Virus record (IMG/VR): IMGVR_UViG_3300022690_000657 | Location: 1-42,016 of that record | Reading direction: 5' to 3' (one strand) | Length of the DNA: 42,016 nt | Source: a virus | In this document: positions 7,284 through 14,527 of the stretch, in pieces | Position numbering within the stretch: position 1 is the stretch's first letter | Layout of the letters: the number at the start of each line of letters is the position of its first letter | Translations under genes and position numbers: made by a program | The notes under the pieces: model-generated | What the model was told of the DNA's origin: nothing | Databases searched by the model: none | Seen by the model: the letters and a program-made list of their open reading frames with translations, nothing else

Positions 7284-7444
7284 TGAAATGCTTAAAATCA
7301 ACAGCAATATACATCTTATTTATTATAGCGGGACTTTTAGGGTTTATTGTTTTAGGTTGTGTTTATTTAATAAATCGTGATTTTGAGCTGGTTGATTTTA
7401 TTGACGACTGTATGGTTGCTGAAGATGAAAAGCTTTCTACTTGA
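7283..7444 (+). CDS. Small membrane protein (53 aa)
   Basis: Hand translation MKCLKSTAIYILFIIAGLLGFIVLGCVYLI.... It has a TAATG overlap. Confidence 0.45.
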   Translation: MKCLKSTAIYILFIIAGLLGFIVLGCVYLINRDFELVDFIDDCMVAEDEKLST

Positions 7445-7673
7445 GTTGTTATTTTGGATGCTCGTTATAGCTGCAATAGTGGTTCTTTTACAAATTAGGC
7501 ACCACAAGAAGAATATTGAAAGATGCCTGGCTAGCGAGCACAAAACGAAAGATTATGAAATTAATAGCGAAACTCATAGGTTATATTGCAGAAGTTCAGA
7601 TAATGGTATGCAAGAGTTAAAGACAGTTAAACCACGCTCAGTACATTTGGATGAGCATAAGCGGGAGCAATAA
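7425..7673 (+). CDS. Small membrane protein (82 aa; alternative start 7377)
   Basis: ORF 7377..7673. One TM segment: LLELLFWMLVIAAIVVLL. Confidence 0.5.
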   Translation: MKSFLLELLFWMLVIAAIVVLLQIRHHKKNIERCLASEHKTKDYEINSETHRLYCRSSDNGMQELKTVKPRSVHLDEHKREQ

Positions 7674-7675
7674 TT

Positions 7676-7963
7676 ATGAGAGAGCCTAATTTAACGCCTT
7701 ATAACGGAATGCCAGATCACACGATGCTTAGATCTGAAGATATAATAAAAGTATTTGATTATACAGGTGTTGCATGTGCAGTTTCCAGCCTAATAAAAGA
7801 CAATTTAATACCTGAGCCATCAATAAGAGCTAATGATATAAGTTCAATAAGGGTTAAAAGGTTCGGAGATTTAGGTTTTGAGAGTCAAGGACGTGAAAAT
7901 TATAGGTACTGGACTTTGGGAGATTTACGTAAAATTAAAAATAAACTTGCAGAGGGGGGGTGA
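7676..7963 (+). CDS. Hypothetical protein, possibly an AlpA / excisionase-like HTH
   Basis: 95 aa. MLRSEDIIKVF...LIKDNLIPEP...YWTLGDLRKI loosely fits the HTH_17 pattern. Confidence 0.35.
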   Translation: MREPNLTPYNGMPDHTMLRSEDIIKVFDYTGVACAVSSLIKDNLIPEPSIRANDISSIRVKRFGDLGFESQGRENYRYWTLGDLRKIKNKLAEGG

Positions 7964-7971
7964 TAAGTAAG

Positions 7972-8235
7972 ATGGGTGAAGTGGTTGATGGGAATTTCGC
8001 AAACGAAAAGTCAGGGTATGTGACAAAAGGCGATAGTATAGAAGGTGTTTATAATGGTAGTTTATGCGCCGTTTTAGTTAACGGCAGTAAAGATAAATGT
8101 ACTGTTGGGTATACCGATGACGAGCGTGTGATTGGCATTGAGATGACGGTGAAAGAAATGAACGAGTTTTGTCTCATGTGGCTTTGTATTTTCGATGAAT
8201 CGGTAATAGTTAAGGAGAAAGGCGATGATAATTAA
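7972..8235 (+). CDS. Hypothetical protein (87 aa)
   Basis: ORF 7960..8235. The ATG at 7972 lies 11 nt after GAGGGGGGG. Confidence 0.55.
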   Translation: MGEVVDGNFANEKSGYVTKGDSIEGVYNGSLCAVLVNGSKDKCTVGYTDDERVIGIEMTVKEMNEFCLMWLCIFDESVIVKEKGDDN

Positions 8236-8449
8236 AGTGAGCTCTAAAGATAGGTTAAAAAAGATGCAACCTATCCTTGAAAAGCAAAAGAAAGGCGAGT
8301 CCAGATTCGCATATTTTCCTGTAAAGCTAAAGGATAATAGTGTGATTTGGTTAGAATCTTATTTCGTTAACTACAATATTATCACCTTTGAGGATGGAAC
8401 AATGATTCCAGGTGAAAAAGAATTTGCAAATTATAAGGAGGTGATATAA
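8225..8449 (+). CDS. Hypothetical protein (74 aa)
   Basis: ORF with an AGGAGAAAGG Shine-Dalgarno. Confidence 0.6.
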   Translation: MIIKVSSKDRLKKMQPILEKQKKGESRFAYFPVKLKDNSVIWLESYFVNYNIITFEDGTMIPGEKEFANYKEVI

Positions 8450-8502
8450 GATCTAAGGGCTGATCGTACAGCGCCAAGTAATCCAATACACAAAAAGAGT
8501 CT

Positions 8503-8590
8503 TTAAAGCAAATTTCAGAGCCTTAGTTGTAACAAGTGTATTGGTAACTAAACGCTATACGAACTGAGGTTTGCTTTAAGGGCTTTTTTT
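8503..8590 (+). terminator. Long hairpin (16 bp including two G-U pairs, structured 45-nt loop) followed by GGC-T7
   Basis: 8503-8518 pairs with 8564-8579. The T run is 8584-8590. The wobble pairs form only on the plus-strand transcript. Confidence 0.45.
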
Positions 8591-8664
8591 ATGTCTGAGT
8601 CTTGTTAAATGTTGGAAATGTGGTCAAGTAAAGTGTGTAGCCAGAGTAGCTACCACAGCCAGCC

Positions 8665-8967
8665 AACTATCAGACACCCTTCAAAGCAATAAGTGTTTAT
8701 ATGTAGTGAGGTTTGGATCGGGGGTGGTATCCCATAATATCGACCATTATCCCCGTGTTCGGCAACAGTCGATTGTGGGGAATATAAATTCAAACCTCCT
8801 TTCATATAAACACTTTCTCAGATAGTTAGTATAAAAAGTGAGCCTAGCCCTTTGGTGGGTGCCTGGTTAAAGTTTGGCAATGCTCAGTATTAAAAACACT
8901 GACAAAGGCGGCTAAAAACAAAGCAGTATCGCGAACAAACATTGCTTAGGCTCACTTTTTATACTAA
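8665..8967 (+). ncRNA. Candidate large structured RNA (two adjacent long helical domains); family unknown
   Basis: Helices 8665-8671/8821-8827, 8691-8703/8803-8815 (13/13), 8708-8715/8791-8798 (8/8), 8826-8845/8948-8967 (20/20), plus nested sub-helices. There is no ORF of 60 aa or more on either strand from 8450 to 9245. Confidence 0.4.
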
Positions 8968-9257
8968 TTAAAGTTCTTAGAAAGATTAATTCTTATTCAG
9001 CACAAATGAATCGAATGTAGCAGCATAATAAATGCATCAACTAGATTGTTGATTATAAATCTAACTCATGGATACTTGGCTTGTCATTGAGAGTTAGTCT
9101 CTATAAAAGGACTCATTAAGAATAATCAACTTAATGTTTTAAAAGGTGTGCTGAGATGCTATACACCAAGAAAGTATCCGCGGTAGAAATACTGTTAGCT
9201 TGATAGCTTTTAAAGGAGAAGAAGCCACAAATTTAACTTAAATAAATGGAGAATAGA

Positions 9258-9512
9258 ATGAAAGTTGGAGATAGAATAAGAGTCATTCAATATATGATGG
9301 GTTGTAAAGTTGGAACTGAAGATTTTACAGTTGAAGAATTTAGATATTGCCTTGGCATTTTTGAGGATGAGGATCGAAGAAAAGCCCAAATATTTACTCC
9401 TTTATGTGAAATTTATGAGCCTGGCCCAAGCTCTAAGCGAGATTATATTTCTAATTTTGGTAAATATAATACTGAATATGTTCAAGCTTGGTGCGACATA
9501 CCTAAAAAATAA
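9258..9512 (+). CDS. Hypothetical protein (84 aa; alternative start 9246)
   Basis: ORF 9246..9512. The ATG at 9258 follows GGAGAA. Confidence 0.55.
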   Translation: MKVGDRIRVIQYMMGCKVGTEDFTVEEFRYCLGIFEDEDRRKAQIFTPLCEIYEPGPSSKRDYISNFGKYNTEYVQAWCDIPKK

Positions 9513-9545
9513 CCAACCCTTAACTTAATAACTTAGGATAATACA

Positions 9546-10040
9546 GTGATTACACAAAAATTAGTGAAAGAGTTATTTCATTACGTTCCGGAAACTGGAG
9601 AACTAATTAGGCTAAAGAATGCTGGAAGCGCTAAAACGGGTGATTTAGCTGGATGCTTATTTAATACAGGTTATATTTTGACCTCGATAAAGGGTAAGTT
9701 TTATCAGAATCACAGGATAATATTCTTATATTTTCACGGTTACTTGCCAGAACAAGTTGATCACATAAACGGCATTAGATCTGATAACAAGATAGAAAAC
9801 CTTAGGACTGCAACTCATAAAGAAAATATGAGAAACCACGGCAAACATAAGAATAATACTAGCGGCGTAAAAGGCGTACATTGGAATAAAAGAGAGAAAA
9901 GATGGCAAGCTCAGATTAAAGCAGATGGAAAATTAATATATCTAGGATTATTTATCACTATAGGTGACGCGGAAAAAATAGTAAGAAAAAAAAGAGTAGA
10001 ACTTCATGGTGAGTTTGCTAATCACGGAGATTCTGGGTAA
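9546..10040 (+). CDS. Free-standing HNH homing endonuclease with a C-terminal AP2 DNA-binding domain
   Basis: HRIIFLYFHGYLPEQVDHINGIRSDNKIENLRTATHKENMRN (HNH_3), then SGVKGVHWNKREKRWQAQI...LGLF (AP2). GTG start after AGGA. Confidence 0.8.
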   Translation: MITQKLVKELFHYVPETGELIRLKNAGSAKTGDLAGCLFNTGYILTSIKGKFYQNHRIIFLYFHGYLPEQVDHINGIRSDNKIENLRTATHKENMRNHGKHKNNTSGVKGVHWNKREKRWQAQIKADGKLIYLGLFITIGDAEKIVRKKRVELHGEFANHGDSG

Positions 10041-10402
10041 TGGATACCCTAATAGACTTTAAGTGGCGTCCAGCAAAGAAAACAAGTGCCTCACTAATCA
10101 AACTAGGTTACTCACAAAAGCAGCTTGATACGATTGGTAAAATGTTCTTGCAGAGGTTTGGCGGTCAGAGTATTGAAAATGCATCTACTACTTTCAAAAA
10201 CATGGTTCGTAGTTCGGGTTCAGCTCATAACGTAGCAAAGCCTGATTTAACCGCTGGTACGAAGCTAGACAAAAAGAGAGCTGATGACATTGCTAATAGG
10301 TCAGAAGACGCACACGAGAAAGCAGAGGCCGCTCACAATATTGATAGCGATAAGATGAGCAATGAAAAGGCGTTAGAATTTTACATGAAACATAGACACT
10401 AA
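10040..10402 (+). CDS. Hypothetical protein, possibly a DnaT-like replication accessory protein
   Basis: 120 aa. FKWRPAKKTSASLIKLGYSQKQLDTIGKMFLQRF weakly resembles the DnaT / phage replication N-terminal motif. Confidence 0.3.
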   Translation: MDTLIDFKWRPAKKTSASLIKLGYSQKQLDTIGKMFLQRFGGQSIENASTTFKNMVRSSGSAHNVAKPDLTAGTKLDKKRADDIANRSEDAHEKAEAAHNIDSDKMSNEKALEFYMKHRH

Positions 10403-10452
10403 TCGTGGTGGAAGTATTAGAGACAAAATGAATTATTAACCTGGAGAGAGAA

Positions 10453-10755
10453 ATGAGCGTCGAAGAAACAATAAAAGATCGTGATAGTAAATATGGCAGC
10501 TTTGTCGATTACTGTTCAATCAGTTTTAATTTAAAGGCTAATATGGAGTTTGCTAAAAATGGAAGAATTCACCCTCTACATAGGGAAGCGCTAGATATGA
10601 TTTTCTGCAAAATCGCCAGAATATTGAATGGTGACCCAAACCTAGTTGATAATTGGCATGACATAGCTGGTTACGCAACATTAGTCGAGAAAGAATTAAT
10701 TAAGGATAAAATGGTTAACCCTAAAGATTTTGGCGAAATTTCAGATGAAGTTTAA
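10453..10755 (+). CDS. Conserved phage protein (DUF6378-like)
   Basis: RDSKYGSF ... LDMIFCKIARIL ... DNWHDIAGYA pattern. Confidence 0.4.
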   Translation: MSVEETIKDRDSKYGSFVDYCSISFNLKANMEFAKNGRIHPLHREALDMIFCKIARILNGDPNLVDNWHDIAGYATLVEKELIKDKMVNPKDFGEISDEV

Positions 10756-10782
10756 CCAACCATTAGAAAGATAGATTAAGCC

Positions 10783-10811
10783 TTGATAAATAAGTTTTAA
10801 TTTACTATATT
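10783..10811 (+). promoter_or_regulatory. Sigma70-like promoter TTGATA-17-TATATT
   Basis: Read in the 153-bp gap upstream of the T5orf172 / J-domain / Dam operon. Confidence 0.55.
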
Positions 10812-10852
10812 GTAAATGCGCCGCTTGAGAAGTAATTAGCTCAGGTTTAGAT

Positions 10853-10901
10853 CCCTCAGTATCTAGGCGCGATAATTTCACAAACTGAGGATTAACTGAG
10901 G
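10853..10901 (+). promoter_or_regulatory. Leader hairpin that can sequester the ribosome-binding site
   Basis: CCCTCAGT (10853-10860) is complementary to either copy of the tandem ACTGAGG (10884-10890 and 10895-10901). The second copy is the Shine-Dalgarno for the ATG at 10909. Confidence 0.4.
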
Positions 10902-10908
10902 TGTCAAA

Positions 10909-11295
10909 ATGAAAGTTCAACCAGATACAAGAACGTCAACCGATTTTTTATTAATACAAAACAACACTTTCGCAAAGATTAAAAAGCCAAAACCTAGACC
11001 TTGCGTTTATGTAATTGATTTTGGCTGCGTCCGAAAAGTCGGCATATCCAATAACTTTGAAAATAGATTGTTAGCCCTAACTCAGCAATTTAAAATAAAG
11101 CCTTCTCGCTACCTTTCACTAGAAACAACTAAAAATAGCCGAATTGAGCAATTTATAAAAGTAACTCTAGAGGATTTTGTAGTTCCTTTCAGGGGGATAT
11201 ATACCGAAACATTCTCAACTAGCTTTCTTGATTGTACTAAAATGGTAATAAAGCTGATTCGTGAGCAAGCAATATTGGAGGGTATGAAAAAATGA
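10909..11295 (+). CDS. T5orf172 / GIY-YIG-like domain protein
   Basis: CVYVIDFGCVRKVGISNNFENRLLAL ... IEQFIKVTLEDF ... TETF fits the T5orf172 (MUG113) pattern. Confidence 0.5.
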   Translation: MKVQPDTRTSTDFLLIQNNTFAKIKKPKPRPCVYVIDFGCVRKVGISNNFENRLLALTQQFKIKPSRYLSLETTKNSRIEQFIKVTLEDFVVPFRGIYTETFSTSFLDCTKMVIKLIREQAILEGMKK

Positions 11296-11891
11296 ACTTA
11301 TATGAAAAACTAGGCGTAGCAATAACCGCCACCAAGAAAGAAATAAAACAGGCTTTTAAAAAACTCTCAACTAAACATCATCCCGACAAAGGTGGCGACA
11401 CTGAAGAGTTCAAGGTCATTCAAAAAGCTTATATGGTTTTGAGTAATGATGAAAAGCGTGATCACTATGATAAAACCGGTGAGTCTGAAAGTAATAATCG
11501 AAATCCTGACAATGCATTGCTTCAAGTATTTGCGGCGATTATCGATAATAGAAACTTTCAAGGCAATATTATTGAAAATATCGCTGGAAATCTAACGATG
11601 CAAATAAACCAGATCAGAAAGGAAAACACCCAACTTAATAAAAGAGAGAGAGACCTTAAAACGCAAAAGGACCGAATTTCTGCTAAAAATGAAAATTTCT
11701 TTGAGATCATCTTAGGTGAAAAAATTAAAGGTTTTGTTAATAAACAAGAATCAAACCTAAAAGCTATTGAGGGTATTGAGTGTTTAATTAAATTGATCAA
11801 TGATTATTCTGATGAAAGACCAGAAGAAGTTATAATATCAAGCTTTGATCGCCAAACCTTTCACAGCGGTACAACAGGGTTTCAGCTATGA
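11292..11891 (+). CDS. J-domain (DnaJ-like) protein with a coiled-coil C-terminal half
   Basis: NLYEKLGVAITATKKEIKQAFKKLSTKHHPDKGGDTEEFKVIQKAYMVLSNDEKRDHYD contains the HPD motif. It has an ATGA overlap with the upstream gene. Confidence 0.85.
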   Translation: MNLYEKLGVAITATKKEIKQAFKKLSTKHHPDKGGDTEEFKVIQKAYMVLSNDEKRDHYDKTGESESNNRNPDNALLQVFAAIIDNRNFQGNIIENIAGNLTMQINQIRKENTQLNKRERDLKTQKDRISAKNENFFEIILGEKIKGFVNKQESNLKAIEGIECLIKLINDYSDERPEEVIISSFDRQTFHSGTTGFQL

Positions 11892-12442
11892 AGGACCAAT
11901 TGAGTTTATCATCAGAGTTTGATTATAACCCCGACTTAGAAACGGATAATCTTACTGATCAGTGGTATACGCCGGTAGAAATCATCGACCGGGTAAAGGC
12001 TGTTTTCGGTGGTACCATAGATTTAGATCCCGCCAGTTGCCCCGCGGCTAACAAAATAGTAAGAGCATCAGAATACTATGATGAGTCAGACGATGGTTTA
12101 AAACAAGATTGGTATGGAAACGTGTTCTGTAATCCACCATATAGTACGCCAAAAGTTGGTCAATTTTGTGAGAAGGTAGTCGATGAATATGAAAACGATA
12201 ACATTAATTCAGCTATTTTTTTACTCAAAGAAGGAGCAACAAACGCCTGGTTTAGACCATTGAGGCCTTATTTAACTGGATATTTAGATAAAAGAGTAAA
12301 ATTTATTGATGGTACCACGGGTAAAATATGCGAATCGCCGCGCTCAGGTCATTGTTTAGTTTATCTTGGGCCATATGTTAAACAGTTTATTTGCACAATG
12401 AGCGTAGGCGGTTTTTGTTATTTTCCAAATATGAATTATTAA
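11888..12442 (+). CDS. dam: Phage DNA N6-adenine methyltransferase (Dam family)
   Basis: DQWYTPVEIIDRV...IDLDPAS...NVFCNPPYS (NPPY catalytic motif). It has an ATGA overlap with the J-domain gene. Confidence 0.8.
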   Translation: MKDQLSLSSEFDYNPDLETDNLTDQWYTPVEIIDRVKAVFGGTIDLDPASCPAANKIVRASEYYDESDDGLKQDWYGNVFCNPPYSTPKVGQFCEKVVDEYENDNINSAIFLLKEGATNAWFRPLRPYLTGYLDKRVKFIDGTTGKICESPRSGHCLVYLGPYVKQFICTMSVGGFCYFPNMNY

Positions 12443-12452
12443 GGAGTAAACA

Positions 12453-12650
12453 GTGAATAAGCACAATCTAACAGCAGAGTACTTATTAGGATATGATTGC
12501 GGGGTTGACGCTCGAGACGCTAAGATTCAAGAGCTAATAGACGGTTATTATACTCTCATAAATATTGGTAGTGGGGATCCGACTGTTAACTGTATTTATG
12601 CAAATGTTTGTAGAGATTTAGAGCGACTAATAGAGGTGAGTGATGAGTAA
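12453..12650 (+). CDS. Hypothetical protein (65 aa, GTG start)
   Basis: ORF after AAGGAG. Confidence 0.55.
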   Translation: MNKHNLTAEYLLGYDCGVDARDAKIQELIDGYYTLINIGSGDPTVNCIYANVCRDLERLIEVSDE

Positions 12651-13053
12651 GTTTACACAGCTAATACGCTTCGGCGACTACACCCAAAACCAAAAGACTC
12701 GAGTGATTGATTTTATCTCGAGCTTAATTATTGATGAGAAAAAAGAATATAAAATAACGATTGAGCAATACAAGGAAAACAAAACTTCTGAGCAGCTTGG
12801 TTATTATTGGTCTGCAATCGTCCCTGTATGCATGTGTTGGCAGGGACTGGTGAAAGATGATGCTGACATATGGTTAAAAGAAAAGTGCGCTATACCACGT
12901 GTCATGACCGTTATGGATGAAGTTTTTGAGGTTAGAGCGTCTATTGCTAAAATGAAGATAGACGAAATGAGCCGGTATATCGATGATTGTATTAATTTTA
13001 TGGGGTTACAAGGGCAATATGTGCCTACGCCAACATATAAAGGTTTTAGATGA
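12643..13053 (+). CDS. NinB / Orf-like recombination mediator
   Basis: KITIEQYKENKTSEQLGYYWSAIV resembles the NinB core (...RSLDQNRKLWA...). It sits in a nin-type region upstream of NinG. Confidence 0.45.
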   Translation: MSKFTQLIRFGDYTQNQKTRVIDFISSLIIDEKKEYKITIEQYKENKTSEQLGYYWSAIVPVCMCWQGLVKDDADIWLKEKCAIPRVMTVMDEVFEVRASIAKMKIDEMSRYIDDCINFMGLQGQYVPTPTYKGFR

Positions 13054-13304
13054 GCGATATTATAAATTTAGACGATAGAAGGCCGCACTTATCTGGTGAG
13101 GCAAAATGTTTATCATGCAAGCATAAATGGGTTGCCGTGTCACCTATTGATATAAATTGCGGGCTGGAGTGTCCTGAATGCGGATTGATGAAAGGTGAGT
13201 TCATTGGGGAATTTGCACCCGATGATGTCGCTTGGTCATGTAATTGTGAGAATAATTTATTTTGTTTGTGTAGATCATATTTTATGTCCTGCCTGTGGCG
13301 CTAA
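13050..13304 (+). CDS. Zinc-ribbon protein; the 3' end is probably frameshifted (see findings)
   Basis: CLSCKHKW...LECPECG, then WSCNC. A second CPACG motif lies in the +1 frame, which ends at 13329. Confidence 0.55.
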   Translation: MSDIINLDDRRPHLSGEAKCLSCKHKWVAVSPIDINCGLECPECGLMKGEFIGEFAPDDVAWSCNCENNLFCLCRSYFMSCLWR

Positions 13305-13315
13305 GTCGGATCTAA

Positions 13316-13489
13316 ATGATGTTAGTTGATTTACCATTTCACCCTCATCAATACCAATGCTCTCGCTGTGTCAATATAGGTAAAGTTTGCAAGTTAAACT
13401 TTGAAGAAATGAAGCCTGTTTATACTTATGCTGGTGTAGCGACAATTGTAAAGTGTACGGAATACAAGAGGCGTGAAATTCGTGGCTAA
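13316..13489 (+). CDS. Small Cys-containing protein (57 aa)
   Basis: Hand translation MMLVDLPFHPHQYQCSRCVNIGKVCKLNFEEMKPVY... Confidence 0.35.
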   Translation: MMLVDLPFHPHQYQCSRCVNIGKVCKLNFEEMKPVYTYAGVATIVKCTEYKRREIRG

Positions 13490-14045
13490 AAGAAAATGTA
13501 AATATTGCGAAAAAAGCAAGATTCGTGAAACTATGTTTATCCTGGGTTTAAGTGCTTACTGCAATAAAGATCACGCTGTTTCTTGGGCTATAGAGAATCA
13601 ATCCAAAGGAAGGAAGAAAATTGAACAGTCAGAACGTAAAGCTATTAACAAAGCGAAGAAAAACAATCTCAAGACTCGAAAAGAGGCAGCAAAAACAGCT
13701 TGCCATAATTACATCAGAGCTAGAGACTCAGGAAAAGGCTGTGCATGTTGTGGAGAACCTTTAGGTGAAGACTTTCAAGCGGGTCATTTTCTTGAGTCAG
13801 GAAACAATCCTAAGATTCGATATGATGAAGATAATATTAACGGACAAAAATTACAGTGTAATTACTTCAAAGGCGGTGATTCGGGGGAATATAAAGAGAG
13901 GTTAATTAAAAAAATAGGGATTGAAAGAGTTAACCGCCTATTGAACTTAAAAGGCGGAACTGTAAAAAGGACATCTGATGATTACAGGGCTATTGAGAAA
14001 TATTACAAAGATAAATTAAAGGATATAATAAATGAACTTATTTAA
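13473..14045 (+). CDS. ninG: NinG / Rap-family recombination endonuclease
   Basis: KRKCKYC...YCNKDHA, a basic coiled segment, then CACCGEPL...QAGHF...IRYDEDNINGQKLQCNYFKGG, as in lambda Rap / NinG. Confidence 0.85.
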   Translation: MKFVAKRKCKYCEKSKIRETMFILGLSAYCNKDHAVSWAIENQSKGRKKIEQSERKAINKAKKNNLKTRKEAAKTACHNYIRARDSGKGCACCGEPLGEDFQAGHFLESGNNPKIRYDEDNINGQKLQCNYFKGGDSGEYKERLIKKIGIERVNRLLNLKGGTVKRTSDDYRAIEKYYKDKLKDIINELI

Positions 14046-14512
14046 CTTTCAAATACTTTAAGAAAACTTTCAACAACATATCCCCATCCGTCAGGATGAG
14101 CTAAAGCAGCAGCATTACAAGCGTCAATAGCATATATTGGCTTATTGTGAGGGCTAGAAAAGAAACCAGCTACAGCCGAAATAACCGTAGATGCGGCGCA
14201 AGATTCAATGCAACAACCTTTAGCGTGTGCATTTCCTGCGGCTTCTCTCGCTTTACATTCAATTTCAGTAGTGCATGATTCTAAGTTAGCCAATACATCA
14301 TTGACTATTTCATCCGAATCTTCGCAAATGTGCGCAACTCCTTCAGCCAGCTCTTTAAGCAATGAACCTAAACCTTTAATGAGCGTATTGTATTTTTCGA
14401 AATCCAGATACCTTATGGCTTGTATACACTCCTCTATTCCTTCTGAGTTAAGTATTTCCAATAAATCTAATTTCGATAATTTGCTATCTGGTGTTAATAG
14501 TTTTGATTTCAT
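14042..14512 (-). CDS. Cys-rich hypothetical protein; last gene of the late operon (moron position)
   Basis: 156-aa ORF. Its stop overlaps the ninG stop convergently (TTAA). Confidence 0.6.
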   Translation of the reverse strand: MKSKLLTPDSKLSKLDLLEILNSEGIEECIQAIRYLDFEKYNTLIKGLGSLLKELAEGVAHICEDSDEIVNDVLANLESCTTEIECKAREAAGNAHAKGCCIESCAASTVISAVAGFFSSPHNKPIYAIDACNAAALAHPDGWGYVVESFLKVFES

Positions 14513-14527
14513 GATTTTCCGCCTTAA

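Noticed and set aside
8716-8790. Group I intron catalytic core
   Set aside because: Helices resembling P3, P4 and P6 can be drawn. However there is no P7 strand between P6 and the 3' strand of P3, no recognisable G-binding site, and the flanking ORFs do not look like split exons.
8826-8967. MITE (20-bp terminal inverted repeats flanking about 100 bp)
   Set aside because: No second copy exists in the window and the TA/TTA flank is ambiguous because it is part of the palindrome. I keep this only as an alternative explanation, not a call.
8450-9245. tRNA or tmRNA gene in the structured island
   Set aside because: There is no GTTCRANYC T-loop, no 7-bp acceptor with cloverleaf geometry and no CCA-adjacent tRNA-like domain.
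8450-10040. Retron, DGR or IscB/TnpB-type RNA-guided element (structured RNA next to an HNH protein)
   Set aside because: No reverse transcriptase, RuvC or TnpB domain is present anywhere. The HNH protein is a 164-aa HNH-AP2 homing nuclease.
11367-11800. Two minus-strand ORFs (64 and 80 aa)
   Set aside because: They are antisense to the well-supported J-domain gene and their sequences are hydrophobic junk.
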